From positions 54,825,913 to 54,889,912 of the forward strand of contig NC_068981.1 of the NCBI RefSeq assembly GCF_001194135.2: DNA of 64,000 bases. The letters run 5' to 3'. The position numbers were made by a program, and so were the translations under genes. The stretch's first letter is position 1, and each line of letters begins with the position of its first letter. This document shows positions 48,411 to 59,784 of this stretch, piece by piece. The stretch comes from Octopus bimaculoides (lineage: Eukaryota). The notes under the pieces are model-generated. The model saw only the letters and a list, made by a program, of their open reading frames with translations. It had not been told where the DNA came from and ran no database searches.

Positions 48411-49451
48411 AGGTTTTCCACTTGACACCATGGCAACTTTGACTGAGGTGGTTAATTAAGAGGAGCTTTATAGAATACATTCCACCCATTTCTACTATTG
48501 CTCCATGCAGGGCAGGGTCTGCTGTCTGCTTACATCATACGGGAAATCTGATCGCACCAGATATTATATTTTGATGACTTCTGTACCCTAACAGGGGATA
48601 GAGGCCAATTCTTTACATTAATACCATTTGCAGAAAAACATGAAGTTCAGAGGTTACTAAAGATGATGGAGACAGAAATTCCTAGTGCAGCATTCTGAAA
48701 TAAATCTCAGGCATGATTGCTTGGTGATGAAGAGATTTGCATCGGGTTTTTATTTGCACAGAACTGCACAGTGCAAATGTGAAGACTTTTGTATACGTGT
48801 GTGTATAAATAGGAGAGTAAAGTAAACATATACAATCCAACAATGATGTTGTGAGTGCATAAATTCTACAAATTAGGAATTATAGCAATTACAAATAACA
48901 ATTATAATTATTTTTATATTATAGAGATCTATAATATATACTGTAGAGGCCTACAGTTTAAAATTGTATCTGTAGTATAAACGGAAATAGAAAAATGCAT
49001 TTAATACCATCCATGTATATGACCTGTCTTTGTGATAAGTTTTATGGCCGAAAATTGAAGTCCAGAAGTAAGTGTTCTTAAGAAATCCAAAACTGATTCT
49101 TCATTACCAAAAGACTCATTAATACTATTGCAAATTCCCTGTAATAGCTCCTTGGTAAAGGGAAGCTACTCTATCATTTTGAATGACAATTATTTTATAT
49201 TTTGCATTTTGTCTTTCAGATTAAGCAGTTACAAATTTTTTAATATTATATATTGTACTAATATTAGTGTATTCGAACTGTAAAACTTATAGAGAGTACT
49301 TATTTTATATATATATATATATATATCATACACATACACATTACTTTCACAAATTCGTTTGAAAGAATCGTCTCCCTTACACACTTTCGCGTTCTTTTTT
49401 CTTTTTTTAGTGAAATGTGTAAACACATGAAGTTGATATTAAAAGCAGTTT

Positions 49452-49604
49452 GGCGGCGAGCTGGCAGAATCGTTAGCACGCTGGGCAAAATGCGTAGCGG
49501 CTTTTCGTCCGTATTTGCATTCTGAGTTCAAATTCCACTGTGATTGACCTTGCTCTTTCAGAGTCGATAAAATAAATACCAGTTGAGCACTTGGGCCAAT
49601 GTAA
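49452..49604 (+). mobile_element. 3'-truncated young SINE family A, abutting a CR1
   Basis: ggcggcgagctggcagaatcgttagcacgc...gagttcaaattcc...gtcgataaaataaataccagttgagcac. Confidence 0.85.
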
Positions 49605-50385
49605 TCAATCGGTGAAAGACTTGGGTATCGACATGAGTGATGATACCTCTTTCCAAGTGCACATTACCAGAATGGCAACAAAGTGCAGACGATTGGCTGG
49701 ATGGATCCTGAGAACATTCAGAACCAGAGATAAGGAAACCATGATGATACTCTGGAGGACATTCGTCCTCAGCCGCCTGGATTACTGCTCACAGCTGTGG
49801 TCACCCACCAGTCTGAAATTAACAGCAGACCTTGAAGCAATCCAGAGGAGATTCACAAAGAAGATTGTCTCTTTGCAACTGCTCAGCTACTGGGAAAGGC
49901 TGAAACAGCTAAGACTCTACTCCCTGGAGAGAAGGCGGGAGAGGTATGCAGTAATATACATCTGGAAGATCCTGGAAGGAATTGTGCCAAATTTTGGCAT
50001 TGAAAGCTACACCAATGCCAGAACGGGACGACACTGCATAGTGCCAAAGATCCCAGCAATGCCATCGCGCTTCAGGACCAGTTACTGCAACAGCTTGGGA
50101 TTCAGGGGCCCACAACTTTTTAATATTCTCCCAAAGAGCCTGAGGAATCTGCACAAAGTAGATGTAGGAGTTTTTAAATCAAAGCTGGACCTCTTCCTAT
50201 CGAGAGTTCCAGATGAACCTACCTCGCGGCAGGAGGTGCAAATGAGGATTGCTAAATCAAGCTCCATTCTTCACCAAGTTCCACATATTGTAAGAGGTTC
50301 CCTGTAATAACAGTGTAGCAACACGGTGGTGCATCAGCATGGCTGCAGCTCTGAGCTAAAACTTAAAAAAAAAAAAATAATAAAA
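49605..50385 (+). mobile_element. 5'-truncated CR1-clade LINE: open C-terminal ORF2 (stop at 50307), short 3'UTR and A-rich tail
   Basis: VKDLGI...GWILRTF...SRLDYCSQLWSP...LEAIQRRFTK...YWERLKQLRLYSLERRRERY..IYIWKIL, typical CR1 RT C-terminus, with no stops. Confidence 0.9.
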
Positions 50386-50658
50386 AAATACATATATATG
50401 TATGTATATACGTATATATGTATGTATATATGTATATACGTATATATGTATGTATATATGTNNNNNNNNNNNNNNNNNNNNNNNNNNNNNNNNNNNNNNN
50501 NNNNNNNNNNNNNNNNNNNNNNNNNNNNNNNNNNNNNNNNNNNNNNNNNNNNNNNNNNNNNTTAATTGATTAATATCAATTTCTACCCTTATTAATAAAT
50601 TATATATATACATATCTATATATATATATCCATATTAATATATATATGTATATATATA

Positions 50659-52160
50659 CGAAAGGGTTCTTTGTAAGGAGAAACAAGAGGTCCCTTGACA
50701 GAGTCATCCCAAACAAAAACATGCGATCAAGAGTCAATATCTGATGGGACATTAGAGGGTGAAGATTGGTCCCGGGAACTCACGGGCGGAAGATTAGAAA
50801 AATTGGTGCAAAGTCTGGTGACGTACGACGCCAGATCATGAAACTGTGAAGTGTCTGGCATCAACATCGCACTAGGCAATGCTAGTGTGGTACCATACAG
50901 CAGCTCTGCAGAGGAGAAACCCAGGTCTGCCTTGACAGCAATACGACAGCCAAGAAGCACAGTTGGCAGAAATTCAGTCCAAGACTGCGGATCTGGAGAG
51001 GCACGTAGAGCAGCCTTGCTGTCTATGAAACCGTTTGACCATCCTGTTGGAAGCTGGATGGTAACTGGTCGTGCGAATGTGATGCACACCCAGAATTCGT
51101 GACAGTTCCTGGAATAAAGAAGCTTCAAACTGGCGTCCGCGATCAGTAGTTAATCTCGACGGAACTCCGAATCGGGAAATCCAGTTAGAAGCAAAAGCTC
51201 GGGCAACAGATTCAGCAGAAATGTCTGCTATTGAAATGGCTTCTGGCCAGCGGGAGAAACGGTCAACACAGGTCAAGATATAAGAGAACTCGCGACTCAC
51301 AGGCCAATGTCCAACCAGATCAATGTAGACTTGGCGAAAACGGGCCTATGGAGGAGAAAACTATCCAAGCGGAGCACGAACGTGCCGTTGGATCTTGGAA
51401 CGTTGGCACTTGGAACAAGTACGTGTCCAAGAAGTAATTGTGCGACGCATATTTGGCCAGAAAAAACGAGCAGTGATAAGCTTAAGTGTAGCAGCAATGC
51501 CCGGATGCTGTTTTTTTTTTTTTTTCTTGAGAAGCTGGAAAAAATGAATTTTGCTAGAAGACGAAAGTCAAAAGGATGTTACTGCTAGAAATAGTAGTTG
51601 AAAAAACCTGTAGAAGCACGTGGTTGAAGAAAGATGGCTCCACAACCCTGATTATGAGCACGTGGTGTCGGCGTTGGTCTGTGTTTTTCTGTCCAAATTG
51701 TTGCGGCTTGATGTTGGAATGAAGAAATAACGCGAGCATAATCAGACGTGTGAATTCGATGTTAGTGGAAGAGCTCTGTTTTTCCTTTCACTATTGTGAA
51801 AACGGGCGCTAGTTAGAACCTTGGCTGCTAATGTACTTCGTCGGCGGTCACCAATTGTAGGAAGTGAGGTTGGCACTGGATGGGTGCCTTACAAATCCTT
51901 ACATAAACGTGGAAGGAAAATAGCGGAACAAGAATATCCGAACAAATAACAGTATTTATTTTCCGTCTGTACAAGCGTTACATCTTGGGACAATCAGTAG
52001 CCAGGTCACCTTGGTGTGGAAGCAGCAGAGTCGGTTTAATCACAATTGTGAGGGCATTCTTCACAGGTTAGCCAACGAAGTGTGGCGCCTCCAGATCTCC
52101 AGCTACACGGAGCTGGTCAAGATTGCGTGCTAAAGGGTTCAGTCTCTCGTTAACACTACA
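50659..52160 (-). mobile_element. Ty3/Gypsy LTR retrotransposon remnant: 5' LTR (51856-52160), tRNA-Trp-like PBS (51853-51836), leader, then integrase only
   Basis: LTR ends TGTAG...CTACA with minus-strand AATAAA at 51960-51955. PBS TGGTGACCGCCGACG. Integrase HPG...[43 protein letters not shown], with two stops and a frameshift. Confidence 0.9.
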
Positions 52161-52269
52161 AAACGATAGAAAACAACTGTACACCACAACAGTGCTGGTT
52201 ATGTTATAATGCCTTAATGTGGAGAAAGGGGCTGCGTTCAAAGCCTTCACAAACTTTCCAAGACCAATG

Positions 52270-52580
52270 AAGATGCAGTTAATATTTCTCTTGAGTCATT
52301 TCAAATAGATGGCCAAAGTTAAAACAGGGACGGAGATGAAAATCGACAGGCTCGATGTTCTGGGAAGCAAAATCTATTTGTTGTTAGTGCGTGACTTGGG
52401 GGGAAAAATATAAATGAAGTATGATGAGCGAGTCGAGAGTGCTTGAGTGGTGGTAGCACGAGACTAGTAAGCTCCGGAGAGAAAAGGTCATTATATATAG
52501 TAGGGATAGAAAAAGGGCAGAGAGAGATAAAGAGAGTAAAACAGTAGGTCTGTGGGCTAGAAAATCTCTTGACAGACTCC
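52270..52580 (-). mobile_element. Jockey/CR1-group LINE C-terminal relic (same family as 7930-8770 and about 39300-39490)
   Basis: YNDLFSPELTSLVLPPLKHSR resembles the Y....CSSELA...PP....R motif also seen near 8700. Confidence 0.5.
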
Positions 52581-53235
52581 ATAACTGATTCTAATCACGT
52601 AAGTGAGCTGAAAATTTATCCGATGAATTCCCTTTTCTGGCGTTTTACCCTGAACACTCATAATCTTGAAACAACACTCAAAAACTTGCGCTCACTCTAA
52701 AAATACTCACCAAAAGCCTAATGGTGCACTACGAGGGTTCCGATAGTAGATTTGATAATCTTCATGCAAAATTTCATGCTCGAATTTGCTTGCAATTGTA
52801 AAAAATAACAGAAAAATTCTTACACAACTTTAGAAAACCTTGTGTAATAACTGAGTACGAGTGGATAGCGCGAAGCAACTTATTTGTAGACTTTATTTGC
52901 ATGTGTGTGTGTGTGTCTGCGTGTCTGCGCGCATGTGCCTGCACGTATTTTTTCAAGATGAAGGAGAAGCACGCGTGCCTTTCTAATTATGTGTTCTTTA
53001 TGCCTATGTATGGAACATACGCAGACAACTATCATAAACACGTATATATAAGACATGTGCACACATAGATTTAGACAAACAGGCACGTTTGCATGCGCTG
53101 AGAGTTTGAGCGTGCACGCGCACATGTATGTATGTTTCTATTAAAATATGAATGTTGTCTTTGTGTGTACTTTACAATTACGTAAATATACAAGCGCGAT
53201 TATATATTCACACCATATATGATCGTGTATGTATC

Positions 53236-53290
<55 letters not shown>

Positions 53291-53479
53291 GCGCGCGTGT
53301 ATGAGCTAAGTTTTAGTAACAACATTCATTTAGAAGTCATTACTATTTCCTAGTTCCCATTACTGCTGAATAACTTTTCCCCATGGGACACCATTTAAGA
53401 AGAAAATAGTTGAACCATATAATCATATACTTTATAGAGTATTGTTTACTTAGCTGCACAGTCGTCACCGGGAACAGGC

Positions 53480-53686
53480 TGCTTATATACAAATTTGTAG
53501 TTTGTATTCTTTTACCCCCTATAAAGGAAACCGTTCCTTCCCTTGTGGTGGTGCCTTAAAAGCACTGCAGCTGCTCACTTCTTGCAACTGTTTCGGCATT
53601 CGGGACTACAAATACAAAACTTTCTTTTAACATCATCGTATCTACTGTGCCGGACTGGCAAAGAAACATTTCAGTTGAAGGTAAGC
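53480..53686 (+). promoter_or_regulatory. Candidate promoter and non-coding first exon of a downstream gene
   Basis: TATAAA at 53520-53525, a strong donor AAG|GTAAG at 53681, non-repetitive CpG-retaining context and inverted ACTACAAAT motifs. No downstream coding exon identified. Confidence 0.3.
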
Positions 53687-54479
53687 TATCTTGAAATATT
53701 TAGCTTCGTCAGTCTATTCTCTGCATTAACCCCACTAGAGTTGTTTTTGGTTTTGGGGTGTGGTAAGATAACAGAATCTGTAGCCTGTAAGTAAAAAGCC
53801 CTAACAGTGTTTTGTTAAGACCTTTTACGTTCTAATTTCAAGTTCTACCAATGCCGGTTTTGTCATTCAGCCTTCCGAGGTCGATAAGTTAAATGAAGTT
53901 TAGGACTAGAGTCGGCCTAACTGATTGTTCCGACGAGTGGAAAGAGATGACTCGCTTTGTGCCTAAGTTATAAGTTGTCTTGCCGTGGATCGCAAATGCG
54001 TTAGTATTTAGTTGTTTTGTGTTAATATCTTGCTAGGATTGATTTGATCTTCTTTCTAGTGAAGATGAAATAAGTCATAACCAAGTACAGGAAACGATCT
54101 TATTGATTATACTCTCCTCGAAGTTATGGTCATATGCCTATACTATTAAAAAAAAAACCTTTTTCCTCTAGGCACAACATCTGAAAGTTTGGAGAAGAGG
54201 TAAGTCGATTACCTCGATCCCAGTTTTCAACTAGAAATTATTTTCTCGGATGAGAGGCGAAGTCGACCTTGACGGAAATGAAAAAATCAGAACGTAAAAA
54301 ATGGACGACGAAATACCGCTATTTTGCCAGCGAAATTAAAGGGATAGACTCGAAAATCCGAAAGTTACTGGCATGCAATAAAAAAAAATGCACCACTCAA
54401 GGAGATTCCTGGTCGTCTGTGCCTGCGGAAAAGCGAGAGATGCCGAAGAATGACGCATCTTGAACTATCGTATAAAACA

Positions 54480-55370
54480 ACAATAGAGATCTGTAGGTAT
54501 CTAGAATTCTCAGATGATCAGATGTTGCAACAAGTTCTAGTGCACGAAAATAAGAAAACTCAAGTCAATAGCAAAACAATGTAGAAAATATGCCACTAAA
54601 TTCAGTTTTATCTTTGAAATAAGATAGTGAGAGAGAAACGCTATCGTTTTGCTAGCTAAAAACTACAAGCACCAAGGCTAATTCGAAGATCGATGAGCAC
54701 AAAAATTTCTGCATGGACAGTATGTTCTGCGGAGCAAAGATACCAATAAAGGCCAGTAAATAGCCATCACTGGCTGGAATGTTCAGGACTAAAAGCAGAG
54801 ACAGGAGGATTCATGTTGGTAGCACAAGTCTAAAGTTTACGTATCAGAAACCACTAGCCTCATATCTTAAAAATGGTGACTAATGTAATGAAGCAATAAA
54901 CCATCTTACTTCAGGCTGTCCGACACTAACACCTAATGAGAATCAGAATCGTCATGACAGAGTAGGCCAGTACCTGACGCTATACAACCTCTACAAAACA
55001 GAAGCAGTCATCAATTGGTTGGGACACCTTTCAGAGTCATTAATAGATGTGAAAACAATTTAGGATTTCCCAGTTAACACAAACTGAACAATTAATACAA
55101 ACAGACCAGATATCGCCATCAAGGACGAAAAAAGATAAAGCTTGCAAATTAATTCTGTAAGATGAAAATATCAATGAAAGAGTCTGAAAATCGAAGGAAA
55201 TACAAACAAATGGAGCACCTTAAAACGAAAACGGTCCCACTCATCATAGAGGCATCAAATATGATAGGCAAAGTTTGTGAGAAACATTCTATAAATAACC
55301 GCTCTAGGAAGTTAAAAAATTGTATTTACCAGCATTGCACGCACACGCACACTTCCAACATCTCTCTCAA
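54480..55370 (+). mobile_element. R4/Dong-like RLE non-LTR retrotransposon 3' relic
   Basis: LHGQY (54709), GLKAETGGFML, HLTSGCPTLTPNE, RHDRVGQYL, NRPDIAIKD (55100) and KTKTVPLII, with many frameshifts. Confidence 0.8.
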
Positions 55371-55452
55371 TCTAAATGTGAATTACAGAGTAACAGAAAA
55401 TTAATGTAGTGTAAGTAAATTAAATTACACATATACTTCTGCACATCAAAAA

Positions 55453-55820
55453 ACAGGCCATCCCATAAGTTTTGTCCGATTTTACTTTTTTTAAAATTGA
55501 ATGAAATTTAATAGTATTTTAGAATGTCAAATGGAATTAAAAATTATTTTTATGCATTTGTGTACATTTAACCGAATTAAATATTTTACAGAATAATAGA
55601 ATTAAATTTTTTTGATTAAAACACTTTCTAACATGGAAGTATCCAAAGAGCATTTGAAGCACATAATGCTTTATGAGTACAAAAAAGGAAACTCTGCAGC
55701 CAAAACGACTCGAAACATTCACTCAGTTTATAGGAAGGAATGCTTGAATGAAAGAACTTGCAGAAGATGGCTTGCAAAATTCAGAAGTGGAGATTTCAGT
55801 CTTGAAGATGAAGATCGAAC
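55453..55820 (+). mobile_element. mariner transposon 5' end (TIR plus transposase N-terminal HTH), truncated
   Basis: TIR-like caggccatcccataagttttgtcc. ATG at 55633 gives MEVSKEHLKHIMLYEYKKGNSAAKTTRNI...RTCRRWLAKFRSGDFSLEDEDR. Confidence 0.85.
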
Positions 55821-56098
55821 TACAGCAAATATTCTGCTCAATATCAGATTTGCTTGTCAGTTGCTTGACCTGAACCGGTTGAGCATAGCCCTTTGTGGCT
55901 GATGATATCAACCACTAAGAGACATCTTTGATCACGAGCAGGTGTAGCGGGGGAGCATCAGAGCCATATGTTGAAAGGGGTTCATTGTGGTTTGAATAAG
56001 TCACCTCTGAAAACATAGGTGTTTCGTTCATCTTTAAATAACTCTTATTCAGGGACCTTTTGAGCAGGATGGGCTACTCGACTTGGAGAAATTCTAAT
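55821..56098. repeat. Unclassified interspersed repeat that replaces the rest of the mariner
   Basis: Transposase similarity ends abruptly and more GC-rich non-coding sequence follows. The family could not be identified from this window alone. Confidence 0.4.
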
Positions 56099-57239
56099 TT
56101 AAGTATAATTAACTTCCTTATTTTAAAAATAAATTATATTTTGGTTAAGCTTAAATGATAGAGCTCAATTCGAGGAATTTCATGGTATCAATCTCATGCA
56201 ATGAAGTTTTAAAAGAAAAAAAGTTACGAGTGTTTGTTTCTCAAATTTGAGAGTAATAATATAGTTCTACAAGGGGACTTTTAATATATATCACCGGCAT
56301 CAATGAGGCAAGGAAAAAATTATCAACGACACCCCTAATTGACACATTTGGCACATTATTAATTAGCATAATGGCATAGCCTGGAAAAAACATGGATTAC
56401 ATAGAAAAATGCGAGCAAGAGAAATCATTTTCTTAAGATTATAAGCATGGAAAAGTTCAGGACAAGTTATTACATCTGGTAAAGAACAGAAGAAAATATT
56501 TACTTTAAAATATTGCTGCTAAGGATAAAATTTGATTTTAATTTACAAAGTAACATTATAATTAAAAAACGTACAATCATTTTGTTAAAATATCGACACA
56601 CTAGAATACTTAAAAAATGAGAGCCAGAAGTACCAATATAGCTAAAGTTTTATGCAAAGTAGAATAGTATATGTGGTAGGCAAATTCATTACGTAAAAAT
56701 ATAGGCAGTGACTCGAGACTAAAAATGTGAAGTCTTGGCAATAACTTAGGAAATAACTCAAGCAAATTTTACTGTGAATTTCTTGTTCTAAGTAGATTTT
56801 ACTGTAATATGTAACTAATTTTTGTATTCTATTTATTGTACTAACAAATTATGTACTACTCTTTTTTAAAACCTATTTTCAGATTTCTAATTATTAATTA
56901 AAAAATGAATTTTTTTCAAGTGCAGAAGATATTTTGAGTTATTTTTAATTTTTAATAGAAGTAACAATAACAAATAGAAGTAATAACTTATAAAAAATTT
57001 TTTAGTTTTAATAAAAGCTAATATTTTCTAAATCTAAATATTTTATTTGAAATTTTATCTTTAGCTGCAACATTTTAAGTAAAAATGAAATGATACACTT
57101 TTATAGACTACGCTATAATTCAATAAAGAGTTATTAGTAATTAAAGTTTGAAAATTTTGGTAATTTTAGCCAATCGTAAGTCACAGACACATGTCAGTCT
57201 TTGAAAAGTCTGCGAGAAAGCCCGTGTTGACAGCAGTCA

Positions 57240-57405
57240 ACCGAGGAAGGGTCCTGTTTACGTCCCCGTAACTAAGCGGTTCGGCGAAAGAGACCGATAG
57301 AATAAGTACTAGGCTTACAAAGAATAAATCCTGGGGTCGATTTGCTCGACTAAAGGCGGTGCTCCAGCATGGCCGCAGTCAAATGACTGAAACAAGTAAA
57401 AGAGT
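57240..57405 (+). mobile_element. 3' half of SINE family C, young copy
   Basis: ttacgtccccgtaactaagcggttcggcgaaagagaccgatagaataagtact...ggcggtgctccagcatggccgcagtcaaatgactgaaac, with CpGs intact. Confidence 0.85.
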
Positions 57406-59591
57406 ATTTAAATTGTTTGTTTAATGTTTCTTTCCTTATGTCATTGAATAAAACGGACTTGGTTTACAGACAACAGAACGAACACATAGGAAAACAAACA
57501 AGCCACTTATGGAATTATTCCTTCATCAGCTGCCTCTATTCTAAAACTAGGCGTTTCAAAGATAAGGCAGGACGCACTCTTAGAATAGTTTCTTCCTGAG
57601 TAGTGGATTAACCCACTAAACAGAGGATTCCAAGGTAGCAAACACAAACAAAGACAGGAAAAATTAGACAGTGAAAACAACATAAAAAGCCGTAGGGCCA
57701 AACGCGATGGGATATTGAACGCTGTAGATTTGACGAAGCTGAACAAAGGTGTGTGTGTATTATATTCTGTATACTAATACGTGTACGTATTTCTAGAGCG
57801 TGTCTAACATTCTGAAAATTGGCTATTGAGCCTAACGGAAATAAAAATTGTTTCATACTATTTTTTCATTTGGGGGTAGTTGCAACTTGGAAATACCAAG
57901 TTATTTCTTTGGAGCATGACATGCAACTCTCAAGATTCTCTCAAGAATTCTATGAGCTCCGGCACCACCCAAAAATATACAAGTAACATTCTTGTTTTCA
58001 TGTTATCTCGCTTATTATTACCGTCATTATGTGATAAGCGGATGAAGCCGACAACAACAGCAGTAAAGGGAACAAACAGTCTGGTGATTAATATCAAAGT
58101 GATTTAGAATCAAAATTGAGATTAAGCATGTCTGCTATGGCAATAGAGATTAATAAATAGTGACAAATATCTAATTAAAATTATAATAAAATGAAATGCA
58201 ATGAAGAATAGAATGACTAAAAGACAAATTCTGATAAAAATCTGAATCATACGAATTAGACATACACTTTCTAAGTTCGCTTTAATTTGCAAAATTTCAA
58301 ATATGGAAAGCAGCAATATGGTAAAAAAATAATTGAGCAACGAACTAAATGCTTCCCAAAATGGACGTTCCTCATTCTGCGCTCTTGCTTTAATTCCCGC
58401 CGAGGTTGACTTTAATTTTATTACCCCGTGCCAGGCGTAATAAAGTAAGAGCTGGTAATGTAACGGAGTCGATTCATTCTCAGCAAAAATTACCATTTTG
58501 CTTCGTTTTAAGCTGCGGGCAGCAGAACGTTGCCACACCCGCAGCAAACTGTTGATGTGCTTTGCTTGCAATTTAATTGCAGCTTGATGTCGGTGCATGG
58601 AATCCAGTTAAAGTTCCCTGTTGAAGCTATACCGCTGTCCCACTAATAACAGTCGAAATATGCTGATCGGTTGAGATGATTGAAGATTTTCAGTTAAAAT
58701 GATGCCATACTATGGAATTACAAAAGGAAAGAGCTTATTTTTACTCTAAGAGATATGGTAATGACTTAAGAAAAAAATGGGTGGATATATAAAGCATCAT
58801 TATTTTAAACTTTTTTAAATATAATAATAGCAAATCATTATGTGTAGCTCGGTAGTTAATTCTGGATAAGTCAGTCGTATAATCATTTTCTCCCCATGGA
58901 TCGCACGATAGGCTGCATCAGTTGTTCTCTTATTAAATGTGGCAGTTTCCCAATACAGCGCGTTATTCATGGACGTGTTGGTTTTATTAGGTGGTCTAAT
59001 GACGTCCTGATATTTAGTGAAAAAGTCTCCATAAGGTCTTTTCGGAATTGCATGGTGCTGGTCTTCTTGTCTCGTGCTTCGTTGCATTTACTGCGTATCT
59101 TGTGGTTCTCATTTCTTACGTAAGTTGTCTTGGCTCGGACAGGTGTGGATAAATTGTAATGAAAAAATAGTTCGATACAGAAACTAACTTTTACAGGATA
59201 GCATACTAGCTAAAAATAGATGTCAGCTTCGAAACCTGCTTCCCCATCTTTCCCCTATTCATCTATTAGGAATAAGACATTTTTAGCAATATCTGTGAGT
59301 AAAATGAGTGTGACATCATAGAAGTTTACAATACCAAGTGTGTGGTTATCGTTAATTTGAAGGCGAAATTTTCTAATGTACAAATGAGGTCTTTCCTAAG
59401 TGTATCTAAACGTAGGCTTATAGGTATTTCTAGTATATACAAAGTAGGATAAAGCTAAACTGGCCTGTCCTAATTTGATTCTATTTATACGTCACCAACG
59501 TTTGCACTGTTAGCAAGTTAGGGTAGACCAATTTAATTCTATCAATACCTGTCTATACCATGAATAGTTATGTAGTGAGTAAAATGAGTAA

Positions 59592-59637
59592 TCGACCTCT
59601 GATGAAGCGATAATAAATGCTGAAACTGGTAGATTGA
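59592..59637 (+). ncRNA. Second minimal hammerhead-like motif
   Basis: CTGATGA AGCG ATAATAAA TGCT GAAAC TG GTA: complete core, 4-bp stem II, near-palindromic stem III ACTGGT and GUA triplet. Stem I is weak. Confidence 0.45.
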
Positions 59638-59736
59638 TCTTTTCTGGTCATAGAGAGAAAAAATTTGGTTTCACCAGAGTATTTTTCACAAGTCTTATTT
59701 GTTTTCTATAAACACACACACTCTGTTTCACTCGTG

Positions 59737-59784
<48 letters not shown>

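Noticed and set aside
49591-50307. 238-aa ORF as a host gene
   Set aside because: It is the C-terminus of a CR1 ORF2. The TTG start lies in the adjacent SINE and the catalytic RT core is absent.
57500-57535. Hammerhead-like motif on the minus strand (CTGATGA A GGAA-TAA-TTCC)
   Set aside because: The required GAAA is replaced by ATAA and no stems I or III are evident. At best a dead relic.
58890-59125. Hydrophobic peptides (AASVVLLLNVAVSQYSALFMDVLVLLGGLMTS; GAGLLVSCFVAFTAYLVVLISY) ending at a GTAAG donor-like site
   Set aside because: They lie in different frames with intervening stops, no protein family was recognised, and T-rich DNA yields hydrophobic translations by chance.
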